Shown here: positions 1 to 11,279 of the stretch, in pieces
Layout of the letters: each line of letters opens with the position of its first letter
Position numbering within the stretch: the stretch's first letter is position 1
NCBI GenBank assembly: GCA_934149105.1
Contig: CAKPDP010000001.1
Location: 70,438 to 134,437 of the forward strand
Source of the DNA: an uncultured Bacilli bacterium
GTDB taxonomy: Bacteria > Bacillota_I > Bacilli_A > RF39 > UBA660
DNA: 64,000 bases
Direction: 5' to 3'
Position numbers and translations under genes: made by a program
Notes under the pieces: generated by a model
The model's database searches: none
The model's input: only the letters and a program-made list of their open reading frames with translations
Told to the model about the DNA's origin: nothing

Positions 1-1
1 T

Positions 2-3000
2 AAAAGTGGTAGACCAGTGTTTGCTTCTAAATTAATTCCTTCTAGAGGTACTTGGTTGGAATTTGAAATGGATTCTAAAGAAGTAATATATGTTAGAATT
101 GATAGAACAAGAAAGGTTCCTTTAACGACATTACTTAGAGCTTTTGGATTATCTTCTGATGAAGAAATTTTAGAAGTATTTAATAATGATGTGTATTTAA
201 AAAATACTATTGCTAAGGATTCTACAAAGAATACTGATGAGGCTTTAATTGAGATTTATGAGAAATTAAGACCAGGTGAGCCTACAACTTTAGATAGTTC
301 TAAGAATCAATTAATTACAAGATTTTTTGATAGTTTTAGATATGATTTGGCTAAGGTTGGTCGTTATAAGTTTAATAGAAAGTTAAATATAACGGATAGA
401 TTATTAAATCTAAAATTAGCTCAAGATGTAGTAATGGATGGAGAAACTATTTTTACTGATGGTACTTTGATTGATAAGGAAGTTCTTGCTAAATTACAAG
501 AATTATTTGATGAAGGATTTGGTAGAGAAGAAGTAACTATTAATCAAGAATTAGATTCTCATAATGTTGTACAGTGTATATGGGTTTATTCTCCTAATGA
601 TAGTAAGAAAAAAGTTAAAGTTATTGGTAACGATCAAACAATTGATGTTAAGACTTTAACAATATCTGATTTTTATGCTTCTGTATCTTATTATCTAAAT
701 TTATTAGATGGAATTGGTCATGATGATGAAATAGATCATTTAGGTAACAGAAGAATTAGACAAGTTGGAGAATTATTACAAAATCAATTTAAAATTGGTA
801 TGAGTAGAATGGAGAGAGTTATTCGTGAGAGAATGACTACACAAGATATTGAAACTGTTACTCCTAAAACTCTAATTAATATTAGACCAGTTACGGCTGC
901 GATGAAAGAATTCTTTGGTAGCAGTCAATTATCACAGTTTATGGATCAGGTAAATCCAATAGCAGAACTTACTCATAAGAGAAGATTGTCAGCTTTAGGA
1001 CCTGGTGGATTGTCTCGTGATAGAGCTGGTATGGAAGTACGTGATGTTAATCCTTCACATTATGGTAGAATTTGTCCTATTGAATCTCCTGAAGGTCAAA
1101 ATATCGGACTTATTACATCACTTGCTAGTTATGCTAAGGTTGATGAATATGGATTTATTCAAACTCCTTATAGAAAAGTTGTTAATAAGAAACTTACTGA
1201 TGAAGTTGTATATTTAACTGCTGATCAGGAACAAGATTTATATATTAGTCAAGCTACTGTTAATGTTAATGATGATATGGAAATTACAGATGCAACAGTT
1301 GCAGGTAGACTTAATGGTGAAAATGTAATCATACCTGCTGAGAAAGTAGATTATATTGACGTATCACCTCAACAAGTTGTATCAGTTACGACTAGTTTGA
1401 TTCCTTTCTTGGAACATGATGATGCTACTCGTGCTTTGATGGGAGCAAACATGCAACGTCAGGCTTTGCCTCTTCTTAAAACAGAAGCTCCTTATGTAGG
1501 AACTGGTGTTGAATATGTTGCTGCTAAAGATAGTGGAGCAGTTGTAGTATCAAAGGCTAGTGGTGTTGTAGAATATGTTGATGCTAAAAAGATTATTGTT
1601 AAGAATGCTAAGGGTAAAGATATTTATGATTTAGCTACTTTTGAAAGATCTAACCAAGGTGAGACTGCTAATCATGTACCTATCGTTAGAAAAGGCGATA
1701 AGATTAAAATGGGTCAAGTTATTGCTGATGGTCCAAGTACTAATAAAGGGGAACTTGCTTTAGGTAAGAATATGGTAATAGCATTTATGACATTTAATGG
1801 TTATAACTTTGAGGATGCTGTTATTATGAATGAAAGATTAGTTAAGGAAGATGTTTATACTTCTTTACATATCGAAGATTATGAAACACAATGTCGTGAT
1901 ACAAAGTTAGGACCAGAAGAGATTACTAGAGATATTCCTAATATAAGTGAAGATGCTCGTAAGAATCTTGATGAAAATGGTATTGTTAGAATTGGTACAG
2001 AAGTTAAAGAAGGAGATATCTTAGTTGGTAAAGTTACTCCTAAAGGTATGGCTGATTTAACTAGTGAAGAAAAATTATTACATGCTATTTTTGGTGAAAA
2101 GACAAGAGAAGTTAGAAATAGTTCTTTATGTGTTCCACATGGTGGTGGCGGTATTGTTCATGATGTTAAGGTATATACAAAAGAAGATAATGATGAACTT
2201 CCTAGTGGTGTTAGTAAAGTAGTTAGAGTTTATATAATTCAAAAGAGAAAGATTCAAGTTGGAGATAAGATGAGTGGTCGTCATGGTAATAAGGGTGTTA
2301 TTTCATTGATTTTACCTCAAGAAGATATGCCATATTTACCAGATGGTACACCAGTAGATATTATGTTAAATCCACAGGGTGTTCCTTCACGTATGAATAT
2401 TGGACAGATATTGGAATTACATATGGGTATGGCTTGTAAGAAATTGGGAGTTCATATTGCTACACCGGTATTAGATGGTGCTAGTATTGAAGATGTAAAA
2501 GATATGATGAAGGAAGCTGGTATGGACGAAGATGGTAAGACTGTATTGTATGATGGTCGTACTGGTGAGCCATTTGATAATCGTATTAGTGTTGGTGTCA
2601 TGTATTTCGTTAAGTTACATCACATGGTTGATGATAAGTTACATGCTAGAAGTACTGGTCCTTATTCATTAGTTACTCAACAACCTCTTGGTGGTAAAGC
2701 ACAATTTGGTGGTCAGAGATTTGGAGAAATGGAAGTTTGGGCACTAGAAGCTTATGGAGCGTCGCATGTATTACAAGAAATTCTTACTTATAAATCAGAT
2801 GATGTTGTGGGACGTGTTAAAGTATATGAAGCTTTAGTTAAAGGTCAACCATTACCTGATTCAGGTATTCCAGAATCATTTAGAGTATTAATAAAAGAAT
2901 TCCAAGCTTTAGGTCTAGATATTTCCGTTATTAATAATAATGATGAAGAGCTTGAATTTAAGCAATTAGAGATTGAAGATGATGAAGATGATACTCCAAT

Positions 3001-3190
3001 TGCTGAAGAAATAGAGATAAAACCTAAGAATTCTAAAGAATTAGAAGATTTAGGTGATGATTTAGAAGACGATTATAGTGAAGAATCTTCAGATGATGAA
3101 TTTGGTGATGATGAGTTTGAAGATGAAGATTTTGATGAAAGTTTTGATGAAAATGCAATAGAAGATGAAGATATGGGAGGTGAGTTCTAA
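2..3190 (+). CDS. rpoB: DNA-directed RNA polymerase beta subunit, 5'-truncated by window edge
   Basis: The frame is open from base 2 ([24 protein letters not shown]). RpoB motifs are present: [49 protein letters not shown]. Stop TAA (3188-3190) overlaps the rpoC ATG (TAATG). Confidence 0.97.
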   Translation, partial: KSGRPVFASKLIPSRGTWLEFEMDSKEVIYVRIDRTRKVPLTTLLRAFGLSSDEEILEVFNNDVYLKNTIAKDSTKNTDEALIEIYEKLRPGEPTTLDSSKNQLITRFFDSFRYDLAKVGRYKFNRKLNITDRLLNLKLAQDVVMDGETIFTDGTLIDKEVLAKLQELFDEGFGREEVTINQELDSHNVVQCIWVYSPNDSKKKVKVIGNDQTIDVKTLTISDFYASVSYYLNLLDGIGHDDEIDHLGNRRIRQVGELLQNQFKIGMSRMERVIRERMTTQDIETVTPKTLINIRPVTAAMKEFFGSSQLSQFMDQVNPIAELTHKRRLSALGPGGLSRDRAGMEVRDVNPSHYGRICPIESPEGQNIGLITSLASYAKVDEYGFIQTPYRKVVNKKLTDEVVYLTADQEQDLYISQATVNVNDDMEITDATVAGRLNGENVIIPAEKVDYIDVSPQQVVSVTTSLIPFLEHDDATRALMGANMQRQALPLLKTEAPYVGTGVEYVAAKDSGAVVVSKASGVVEYVDAKKIIVKNAKGKDIYDLATFERSNQGETANHVPIVRKGDKIKMGQVIADGPSTNKGELALGKNMVIAFMTFNGYNFEDAVIMNERLVKEDVYTSLHIEDYETQCRDTKLGPEEITRDIPNISEDARKNLDENGIVRIGTEVKEGDILVGKVTPKGMADLTSEEKLLHAIFGEKTREVRNSSLCVPHGGGGIVHDVKVYTKEDNDELPSGVSKVVRVYIIQKRKIQVGDKMSGRHGNKGVISLILPQEDMPYLPDGTPVDIMLNPQGVPSRMNIGQILELHMGMACKKLGVHIATPVLDGASIEDVKDMMKEAGMDEDGKTVLYDGRTGEPFDNRISVGVMYFVKLHHMVDDKLHARSTGPYSLVTQQPLGGKAQFGGQRFGEMEVWALEAYGASHVLQEILTYKSDDVVGRVKVYEALVKGQPLPDSGIPESFRVLIKEFQALGLDISVINNNDEELEFKQLEIEDDEDDTPIAEEIEIKPKNSKELEDLGDDLEDDYSEESSDDEFGDDEFEDEDFDESFDENAIEDEDMGGEF

Positions 3191-6100
3191 TGTTAGAAGC
3201 AAATAATTTTAAAGCTTTAAAAATTGGAATTGCTTCTCCAGAAAAAATTCGTTCTTGGTCATATGGAGAAGTTCAAAAACCAGAAACTATCAATTATAGA
3301 ACATTAAAACCTGAAAGAGATGGATTATTTTGTGAGAAGATATTTGGACCTACTAGGGATTATGAGTGTTCTTGTGGAAAATATAAAAGATTAAGATATA
3401 AGAATATTATTTGTGATAGATGTGGTGTTGAAGTTACTAAATCTAAAGTAAGACGTGAGAGAATGGGACATATAGAGCTTGCTACTCCTGTTTCTCATAT
3501 CTGGTATGTTAAGGGTATTCCTTCATATATTGGTCTTACTTTGGATATGAGTCCTAGAGATTTGGAAGAAGTTATATACTTTGTTTCTTATGTTGTTTTA
3601 GAACCAGGTCCTACAGGACTTGCTAAGAAGCAAACTTTATCTGATAAAGAATATCGTGTTTATTATGAAAAATATGGTAATACATTTAGAGTAGGTATGG
3701 GTGCTGAGGCTATTAAGGAATTATTATCAGAAGTAGATATTAATAAAGAGCTTGAAGATTTACAAAAAGAGCTTGTTAACGCTACTGGTCAAAGACGTGT
3801 TAGACTTGTTAAAAGATTAGATGTTATTAATGCTTTTGCTACTTCCGGTAATAAGCCTGAATGGATGATTTTGGAAGCTCTTCCAGTTATTCCACCTGAG
3901 CTTAGACCAATGATTCAATTAGATGGTGGCAGATTTGCTACATCTGATTTGAATGATTTATATAGAAGAGTTATTAATAGAAATAATCGTTTAAAGAAAT
4001 TACTAGAATTAGGTGCTCCTTCAATCATTGTTCAAAATGAAAAGAGAATGTTACAGGAAGCTGTAGATTCATTATTTGATAATGGTAGAAGAGGTAGAAG
4101 TGTAACTGGTGCTGGTAATAGAGCTTTAAAATCTTTAGCTAGTATGTTAAAGGGTAAACAGGGTCGCTTTAGACAGAACTTGTTAGGTAAGAGAGTTGAC
4201 TATTCTGGTCGTTCAGTTATTGTTGTTGGTCCAGATTTAAAGATGTATCAATGTGGTATACCTAAAGATATGGCTTTAGAGTTATTTAAGCCTCATGTTA
4301 TTAATGGCCTTGTATCAAGAGAACTTGCTAATAATATTAAATCTGCTAAAAAGATGATTGAAAATAAAGATCCTAAAGTATGGGATGTTGTAGAAGATGT
4401 TATTAAAGAACATCCAGTTATGTTAAACCGTGCTCCTACATTACATAGATTAGGTATTCAAGCATTTGAACCTAAATTAGTTAGTGGAAAAGCAATTAGA
4501 TTACATCCTCTTGTTACAACAGGATTTAATGCTGACTTTGATGGTGACCAGATGGCTGTTCACGTTCCTCTAAGTGAGGAAGCTAAAGCAGAAGCTAGAA
4601 TTCTGATGTTGGGGGCTAATAACATTTTGAGTCCAAAAGATGGATCACCTATTGTTACTCCTTCCCAGGATATGATTCTTGGTAATTATTATATTACTAT
4701 GGAAAAAAATGGTTTAGAGGGAGAAGGTAGAGTATTTAAAGATAGTAATGAAGCTTTGATGGCTTATCAAAGAAGAGAAATTACTCTACATACAAGAATT
4801 GCTGTTCCAGTAGATTCATTTAAACATAAAGTATTCTTAGATAGTTGTAAACATAAATATTTAATTACAACAGCAGGTAAACTTACATTTAATGAAATTT
4901 TACCAGATTCATTCCCTTATGTTAATGAACCAACTGATGAGAATATAGAAGGTGTTACACCTGGTATTTACTTTGTTAATTATGGGGAAGATATTAAGGA
5001 AGCTATTAAGAAGATTCCTAGACCTAAAGCCTTTAATAAGGGAACATTAGAGAAATTAATTGCTCAAATGTTTAAGAGATATAAGACAACAGAGACTTCT
5101 ATCTTCTTGGATAAATTAAAGGATCAAGGATTTAAATATTCTACTTATTCAGGTATTACTATTGCTTATTCTGATGTTGTTGCTAGTAAGAATAAAGATG
5201 AAGTAATTGCACGTGGTAATGCTGAAGTTAAGAAAATTAATAAGCAATTCCAAAGAGGTTTAATTACAGATAAAGAAAGATTCGAATTAGTAATTAATGT
5301 TTGGGATCAAGCTAAAGCAGAAATTCAAAAAGAATTGGAAGTTTATGCTAAGACTTATGAAGATAACCCTATCTTTATAATGATGAATTCTAAGGCTCGT
5401 GGATCTATTTCTAACTTTGTTCAGTTAGCGGGTATGCGTGGTCTTATGGCTAAACCTAATGGTCAACCAGTTGAAATTCCTATTACTTCTTCATTCTTGG
5501 ATGGATTATCAGTATCAGAATTCTTCTTGTCAACACATGGTGCTCGTAAGGGTAGTGCGGATACAGCTTTGAAGACAGCAGACTCTGGTTATATGACTAG
5601 ACGTTTAGTTGATGTAGCACAAGATATGATTGTTCGTGAAGAAGATTGTGGTACTATTCAAGGTGTTGTAGTTAGTGCCTTTATGGATGAAAAAGATGGA
5701 ATTATTGAACCATTATATGATAGAATTTTAGGTAGATTTACTAATAAGAAAGTAATTAATCCTGAAACAAAAGAAGTTATCTGTGATAAAGATACTTATA
5801 TAACAGAAAGTATTGCTGACAAGATTATTAAGGCTGGAGTTAAAGAAGTTGAAATAAGAACAGTTCTTACTTGTAAGTCTAAACATGGTGTTTGTCAGAG
5901 ATGTTATGGTCGTAACTTAGCAACAGGTAATTTAGTAGAAATTGGTGAGGCTGTTGGTATTATGGGTGCTCAATCAATTGGTGAACCTGGTACACAGTTA
6001 ACCATGAGAACCTTCCATACTGGTGGTGTTGCGGGTACTGATATTACTCAAGGTCTTCCTCGTGTTGAAGAATTATTCGAAGCTCGTACTCCTAAAGGTA

Positions 6101-6816
6101 AGTCATTAATTTCAGAGATTAATGGTGTAGTTAGTAAGATTGAAAATAATAATGGAAGATTTAAGATTTATGTTAAGAATGATAATGAAGAAAGAGAACA
6201 TGTTACTATATACGGAGCTAAACTTCGTGTAGAAAAAGGCGATAAAGTTAGTGCGGGTGATAGATTAACAGAAGGTAATATTTCACCAAAAGAATTACTT
6301 GCAGTAACAGATCCTGGTACTGTTCAACAATATATTCTTAAAGAAGTTCAAAAAGTATATAGATCTCAGGGTGTTGATATTAGTGATAAACACGTTGAAA
6401 TTATTGCTAAGAGAATGATTTCTCAAATTAGAGTAATAGATGCAGGAGATACAGAATTAGTACCTAGTACAGTTGTTAATATTAGTGACTTTACAGAAGG
6501 TAATAGAGATGTTATTATTCAAGGTAAGAAACCTGCTATTGGACAACCAATATTACTTGGTATTACGAAAGCATCATTACAAACAGATTCATTCTTATCA
6601 TCAGCGTCATTCCAGGAGACTACTAGAATATTAACAGAAGCTTCTGTTAAGGGTAGTATCGATCATTTACATGGTCTTAAAGAAAACGTTATTATTGGTA
6701 AGTTAATACCAGCAGGAACTGGGGCTAAAGAATATATGGATATTGATTATTCTTTAGAAAAAGAATTCTTTGATGAAGAACCTTCTGAGGTTTTAGAAGA
6801 AGAATTTATAGATTAA
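3190..6816 (+). CDS. rpoC: DNA-directed RNA polymerase beta' subunit
   Basis: N-terminal Zn finger [23 protein letters not shown], catalytic [12 protein letters not shown] motif, 1208 aa, directly coupled to rpoB. Confidence 0.97.
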   Translation: MLEANNFKALKIGIASPEKIRSWSYGEVQKPETINYRTLKPERDGLFCEKIFGPTRDYECSCGKYKRLRYKNIICDRCGVEVTKSKVRRERMGHIELATPVSHIWYVKGIPSYIGLTLDMSPRDLEEVIYFVSYVVLEPGPTGLAKKQTLSDKEYRVYYEKYGNTFRVGMGAEAIKELLSEVDINKELEDLQKELVNATGQRRVRLVKRLDVINAFATSGNKPEWMILEALPVIPPELRPMIQLDGGRFATSDLNDLYRRVINRNNRLKKLLELGAPSIIVQNEKRMLQEAVDSLFDNGRRGRSVTGAGNRALKSLASMLKGKQGRFRQNLLGKRVDYSGRSVIVVGPDLKMYQCGIPKDMALELFKPHVINGLVSRELANNIKSAKKMIENKDPKVWDVVEDVIKEHPVMLNRAPTLHRLGIQAFEPKLVSGKAIRLHPLVTTGFNADFDGDQMAVHVPLSEEAKAEARILMLGANNILSPKDGSPIVTPSQDMILGNYYITMEKNGLEGEGRVFKDSNEALMAYQRREITLHTRIAVPVDSFKHKVFLDSCKHKYLITTAGKLTFNEILPDSFPYVNEPTDENIEGVTPGIYFVNYGEDIKEAIKKIPRPKAFNKGTLEKLIAQMFKRYKTTETSIFLDKLKDQGFKYSTYSGITIAYSDVVASKNKDEVIARGNAEVKKINKQFQRGLITDKERFELVINVWDQAKAEIQKELEVYAKTYEDNPIFIMMNSKARGSISNFVQLAGMRGLMAKPNGQPVEIPITSSFLDGLSVSEFFLSTHGARKGSADTALKTADSGYMTRRLVDVAQDMIVREEDCGTIQGVVVSAFMDEKDGIIEPLYDRILGRFTNKKVINPETKEVICDKDTYITESIADKIIKAGVKEVEIRTVLTCKSKHGVCQRCYGRNLATGNLVEIGEAVGIMGAQSIGEPGTQLTMRTFHTGGVAGTDITQGLPRVEELFEARTPKGKSLISEINGVVSKIENNNGRFKIYVKNDNEEREHVTIYGAKLRVEKGDKVSAGDRLTEGNISPKELLAVTDPGTVQQYILKEVQKVYRSQGVDISDKHVEIIAKRMISQIRVIDAGDTELVPSTVVNISDFTEGNRDVIIQGKKPAIGQPILLGITKASLQTDSFLSSASFQETTRILTEASVKGSIDHLHGLKENVIIGKLIPAGTGAKEYMDIDYSLEKEFFDEEPSEVLEEEFID

Positions 6817-6827
6817 TATAAAATATT

Positions 6828-6870
6828 AAAAACAAAAAAATTCAATATTGAAATTTTTTGTTTTTTTATT
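6828..6870 (+). terminator. putative rho-independent terminator after rpoC
   Basis: AT-rich inverted repeat aacaaaaaaatt / aaattttttgtt around loop caatattg, followed by a T-run. The stem is weak (almost all A-T). Confidence 0.45.
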
Positions 6871-6957
6871 TTGTGGAGGTTTTTTAATAAATTTTGAGTT
6901 AATTTTTAAAAGTTATGTTATAATTATATAAAATAGATACTAGTGGAGGTGTTAGAT

Positions 6958-8661
6958 ATGGATAATAAAAAGAGTAATATTGATAATAAATTATTTATAG
7001 ATGACACTAGTACTGGTAGTGATAATGCTGGAACGAAACTTAGTAGATATGAAGAACTAAAAGATGATTTAAGGATACAAAATCAAAAAAAGGAAGTAAA
7101 TGATAAGGAAGATATAGCTGATAAACAGTTTGATAATAAGTCTTTAAGTAATAAACAGATCATATATAAAACCAAAAGATTTGGGGCAACATTTGTTGCA
7201 GATGAAAAAAAGACAGTTAAAAAAGAAGAAACGTTAGATATTAAGAATAAAGAAGTAGATAAAAAGACTCAAGAAGAGACTTTAACTAAGAAGATTGATT
7301 CTAAAAAAGAGATAGAAGATAGTATTGAAAAAGTTGAAAAAGCTAAAAAAGTTGAAAAGATAACTTTAAATAATTTTCAAGTAGAAGAAAAAAAGAAGGA
7401 TATTGATTCTAAAGCTGAAGTTAAAATTGATAAAGAAATAAAAAAAGAGAAAGTTAATAACGTTTTAGAACAAGAAAATAAAACAACTTTAAAGAATAAA
7501 GCTTCAAAGAGTCAGTCAAGATGTATCGGAATTATAAAAAGAAAAGATATATCTAATTTAACGGATAAAGAAAAAACTAAGAGATTAGAAGAATTACAGA
7601 AGAAAATATTATTAGAATTAGATACTAAATTAAAAAGAGAAATTGCCGAATTAGATGAAGTTAGACAAGAAAATAATAAGATTGTAGAGCTTTTGAATAA
7701 TGAGATGATTACTTCAGAAGAAGTAGAAGAGGAAGTTAAAAGATTAGAAGAATTATTAAAGAAAGTTACAAAACTTATTGAACAAGTGAAGATTTTAAAT
7801 GATAATTATAAGTTTGAGGATATTCTTAATATTACGGATTTTCAGGATCAGAATATAGTTAATGATATAATTGAATTTAGGGATATATTAGATACTTCTG
7901 ATCATGCAGAGAAACTTACGGAGAAATATAAGATGTTAGATAATTTTATAGTACTTTATAGAGAAGTTTATATTAAGAATAATGTTATTAAGAAGAATAA
8001 AGAAAAAGCTTCTTCTAAATTAAAAGATACAAAAGATAAAGAAAAGAAGTATCTTAAATTTGGAGAAGATGCGGATAATATTAAGAAAATTAATGATGAT
8101 TGTAAAATTATTATTGATAAACAGAATGAATATTTGGCAGTGTTACAGAGAAGGATTAATAATATAGATGCTAGTAGAGTTATGGAATATAGAGTTATGG
8201 GAACGGATAATATTTTGCGTTCAATGCTTATGTATATGGGAATTATGATGGCTATGCCTTTTAAAAATAAAAAAAATAAGAATATAATGAGTTCTGTTAT
8301 AGTGGGGAATATGTTAAGAAATCTTAATAGACCTAGAGGAGAGTTTAGAGAAAAGACTAAATATGACGCTATTGATTTGAGTGATGAGATATATAATCAT
8401 TTAGGAGAAGTGGAAATAGTTGCAACAATTATTGATTCTACTTTAGATGATATCATTAGAATGAAAGAAGAGTTTTCGAGAAATTATAAAGGAAAAGTTC
8501 CGGGATATGAGGAAGTAGAGAGTAAACTTCAGGAGATAGAACTTAACATTTTAAATAATAAGAAACAAATTGAAAAAGAGTTTAATAGTTTAAGTGAAAG
8601 CATTATGGTTAATGATAGAAAATTAGTTAAGGTAAAAGAGCTAAATCATAATTTAGCATAG
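6958..8661 (+). CDS. hypothetical K/E-rich coiled-coil protein with one hydrophobic segment
   Basis: Long ORF. GGAGGTG lies 6 nt before the ATG at 6958 (track start 6943 is an upstream GTG). Lys/Glu-rich heptad-like sequence, hydrophobic stretch ILRSMLMYMGIMMAMPF. No family recognised. Confidence 0.6.
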   Translation: MDNKKSNIDNKLFIDDTSTGSDNAGTKLSRYEELKDDLRIQNQKKEVNDKEDIADKQFDNKSLSNKQIIYKTKRFGATFVADEKKTVKKEETLDIKNKEVDKKTQEETLTKKIDSKKEIEDSIEKVEKAKKVEKITLNNFQVEEKKKDIDSKAEVKIDKEIKKEKVNNVLEQENKTTLKNKASKSQSRCIGIIKRKDISNLTDKEKTKRLEELQKKILLELDTKLKREIAELDEVRQENNKIVELLNNEMITSEEVEEEVKRLEELLKKVTKLIEQVKILNDNYKFEDILNITDFQDQNIVNDIIEFRDILDTSDHAEKLTEKYKMLDNFIVLYREVYIKNNVIKKNKEKASSKLKDTKDKEKKYLKFGEDADNIKKINDDCKIIIDKQNEYLAVLQRRINNIDASRVMEYRVMGTDNILRSMLMYMGIMMAMPFKNKKNKNIMSSVIVGNMLRNLNRPRGEFREKTKYDAIDLSDEIYNHLGEVEIVATIIDSTLDDIIRMKEEFSRNYKGKVPGYEEVESKLQEIELNILNNKKQIEKEFNSLSESIMVNDRKLVKVKELNHNLA

Positions 8662-8670
8662 GAGGAATGT

Positions 8671-9267
8671 ATGAGACAGACATTTGTAGTTGTAAATGAA
8701 AATTTAGTGTTTAAAAATGCTACGATATTATTTAGTTTTGCAGTTCCAAAGGATAAAAATCAGTATTTATTGTATTATGTTAGTGATATGAATGATGGTA
8801 GTAATAAGTTATTGATTTCAGAACTTCGAGAAAGTGATAATGGTAAAGTATTTTTATTTGCAGTTGCAGATGAGAGAATAGCAAAGATTAAAAGTTATAT
8901 AAAGGCATTATTAGAGGGAGAAAGTAGTAAAAAAGAGATTAGGATTAGTAATAAAGAAATTTTATTTGAAGAGAATATATGTCAGAGTATTATAGAGACT
9001 GCAAATGATATTGAGTGTAGTAATGTTTTAGATATTGAAAGGGCTGTTAATAATATTCCAGATAAGTATTGGGAAACTTTTGAATATGTTAATGATTTGA
9101 ATAAAGTTATGTATGATTATTTAGTGAGAGAGAATGATTATAAGAATAGGCAAATAGAGCAAGAAAATAGGAGAGGGAATATTAGTGTGTTCTTGTTAAC
9201 TCTATTTGCAGTGTCTTTTTTGACGATGTTGGTATTTATGGGATATGGATTATTCTTTGGAAGGTGA
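8671..9267 (+). CDS. hypothetical tail-anchored membrane protein
   Basis: AGGAGG 5 nt upstream of the ATG. C-terminal TM segment ISVFLLTLFAVSFLTMLVFMGYGLFF. Its 3' end overlaps convergent queH by 18 nt. Confidence 0.6.
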   Translation: MRQTFVVVNENLVFKNATILFSFAVPKDKNQYLLYYVSDMNDGSNKLLISELRESDNGKVFLFAVADERIAKIKSYIKALLEGESSKKEIRISNKEILFEENICQSIIETANDIECSNVLDIERAVNNIPDKYWETFEYVNDLNKVMYDYLVRENDYKNRQIEQENRRGNISVFLLTLFAVSFLTMLVFMGYGLFFGR

Positions 9268-9873
9268 TTTGGGCTTAGAATATTGGCATCCGCAGTAGTT
9301 TTGACGATAAAGATTGTATTCATGAGAGAGAATGATGGATTTTTTGTATCCATCTTTTTTCTTAAAGTCAGAGGGAAGCCAGTTTATATGGTATTTTGCT
9401 TCTAAGCTATAACCAATTTCATTAATTAGATTACTATTTTTATAGGGGCTAACAGTTAAAGTGGTTCCAAAATAATCAAAGTTATTTTCTTTGGCAAGTT
9501 GGGCAGTTTTTTCAAGGCGGAGATTGAAGCAAATAGTGCAGCGACTACCACGTTCAGGTTCTTGTTCTTTACCTTTGATTTTTTCTTCATAAATAACATT
9601 ATCATAATCACAGTCAAGAATAGTTAATTGATGTTTATGCGGAAGAGAATTTATCAATCTTATTTGTTCATTTTTTCTTTTTAAATATTCTTCGTGAGGG
9701 CTTATGTTAGGATTGTAGTAAAGAATAGTTATATTAAAATAGTTGGTTAGGTAGCTTATGACGTAACTACTACAAGGAGCACAACAACTATGAAGAAGTA
9801 GGTTAGGGATCTTTCTTGTTTGGGAGATTTTTTCTAGTAATTCTTCTAAAATTTTACTATAATTTTTATTCAT
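9250..9873 (-). CDS. queH: epoxyqueuosine reductase QueH (DUF208)
   Basis: LLLHSCCAPCSSYV motif and C-terminal YRQNYCGC, typical size (207 aa). Confidence 0.85.
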   Translation of the reverse strand: MNKNYSKILEELLEKISQTRKIPNLLLHSCCAPCSSYVISYLTNYFNITILYYNPNISPHEEYLKRKNEQIRLINSLPHKHQLTILDCDYDNVIYEEKIKGKEQEPERGSRCTICFNLRLEKTAQLAKENNFDYFGTTLTVSPYKNSNLINEIGYSLEAKYHINWLPSDFKKKDGYKKSIILSHEYNLYRQNYCGCQYSKPKSPSKE

Positions 9874-9977
9874 AAATAATCACGTTCCTTAGATAAAATA
9901 TATTGTATATTATATCATGTTTTCTGGGAAATTTATATTTACAAAATAATATTTAGTTGTTAAAATTATATTAGGAG

Positions 9978-10499
9978 ATGATGAGGGTGAATGGATCTAA
10001 GAGAGAAATTCCAGTTAAGAATTATATATTTTTAGGTATTATAATGATAGTATCTATGTTTGGTGTATATTATTTATATTTATGGTTTCAGACTTATGAG
10101 GAGAGTAGGTTAAATGCTCCTATTATGGATAGTTATTTACAAGTTATCAATTATAATGAACTTAGTTCTTATGTGTTAGAGAATGAGACAACGGTAGTTT
10201 ATGTATCAGTAGTGGGAAATGAAGAGATTAGAGAGTTTGAGAATAAGTTTAAGAATACAGTTGATCAATACTCTTTAAAGAAAGATATTGTGTATATGGA
10301 TATTACTTCAAATTTAGAAGATAGTGAAATATCTAAGAACTTAAGTGATAAATATGATATAGATGGAGATAATGTTCCTTATATATTAGTATTTGATTCA
10401 GGGAAACTTATAGATACTTATAGTATTGCTAAACATAATTATAGTATTAAGAAGATTAAGAAGTATTTGAGTTCGATGGGGGTTATAGATAATGATTAA
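9978..10499 (+). CDS. hypothetical N-terminally membrane-anchored protein
   Basis: Single N-terminal TM (YIFLGIIMIVSMFGVYYLYLWF). The start is uncertain (ATG 9978/9981 or GTG 9987 relative to AGGAG). No catalytic motif recognised. Confidence 0.55.
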   Translation: MMRVNGSKREIPVKNYIFLGIIMIVSMFGVYYLYLWFQTYEESRLNAPIMDSYLQVINYNELSSYVLENETTVVYVSVVGNEEIREFENKFKNTVDQYSLKKDIVYMDITSNLEDSEISKNLSDKYDIDGDNVPYILVFDSGKLIDTYSIAKHNYSIKKIKKYLSSMGVIDND

Positions 10500-10998
10500 T
10501 ATTGTTTTATATGAACCAGAAATTCCTCAAAATACAGGGAATATTATGAGAACTTGTGTGGCCGTGGGGGCTAGATTGCATCTTATTGAGCCTTTAGGTT
10601 TTGTTCTTAATGATAAGACGATAAAGAGATGTGGAGTTAATTATATTGATAAGTTAGAGTATTATAGATATACGAATTGGGAAGAGTTTTTAGAGAAGAA
10701 TAGAGATGGAGAATTTTATTTCTTTACAAGATACGGAAAAAGACCGCATACGGATTTTAAATATGATATTAATAAAGATATTTATTTGGTTTTTGGTAAG
10801 GAGAGTACGGGGATACCTAAAGATATATTAAAGAATTATTTAGATAGATGTATGAGAATACCTACTACAGATAATGTTAGGGCACTTAATTTGTCTAATT
10901 GTGTAGCAATAGGGGTATTTGAGGTAGAAAGACAACTTAATTATAAGGGGTTATTGAAGGAGGAGCCTTTTAAGGGGAGTGATTATTTAGAGAGATAA
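10492..10998 (+). CDS. trmL: tRNA (cytidine/uridine-34 2'-O)-methyltransferase, SpoU/TrmL family
   Basis: N-terminus IVLYEPEIPQNTGNIMRTCVAVGARLHLIEPLGF closely matches TrmL. 168 aa. Confidence 0.85.
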   Translation: MINIVLYEPEIPQNTGNIMRTCVAVGARLHLIEPLGFVLNDKTIKRCGVNYIDKLEYYRYTNWEEFLEKNRDGEFYFFTRYGKRPHTDFKYDINKDIYLVFGKESTGIPKDILKNYLDRCMRIPTTDNVRALNLSNCVAIGVFEVERQLNYKGLLKEEPFKGSDYLER

Positions 10999-11090
10999 GA
11001 TATTAGGAAATAGTATCTTATTTTCTTATGGAGAGTTCGTTTACTTATTTGGTTATTAATGATATAATTATTGGGATAGGAGTGGTTATT

Positions 11091-11279
11091 ATGATTAATA
11101 ATAATTATGATCTGGGAAGTATTGTTATTATGAAGAAAGGTCATCCTTGTGGTACTAATAAGTGGGAAATTGTTAGAATAGGGACGGATATTAAGATAAA
11201 GTGTTTGAATTGTGGTAGAGTAGTTATGTTACCAAGAATAGAATTTGATAGAAAGATAAAAAAGGTGGTAGAAAAGTGA
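11091..11279 (+). CDS. DUF951 family small protein
   Basis: GSIVIMKKGHPCGTNKWEIVRIGTDIKIKCLNCGRVVMLPR matches the DUF951 Zn-ribbon pattern. The internal ATG at 11091 is preferred over the track start 11028. The TGA stop overlaps the next gene's GTG. Confidence 0.7.
   Translation: MINNNYDLGSIVIMKKGHPCGTNKWEIVRIGTDIKIKCLNCGRVVMLPRIEFDRKIKKVVEK

Noticed and set aside
1005-1217. Short ORFs nested inside or antisense to large conserved genes. These are 1005-1217, 9138-9353, 19933-20337, 20625-20858, 23304-23492, 23590-23784, 34978-35382, 40906-41112, 41532-42009, 42669-43022, 45291-45785, 49742-50136, 51168-51618, 52001-52195, 54889-55107, 57351-57617, 61780-61989 and 63121-63375.
   Set aside because: Each lies wholly within a longer ORF that has clear family motifs. 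They lack RBSs and translate to AT-biased, low-complexity sequence.
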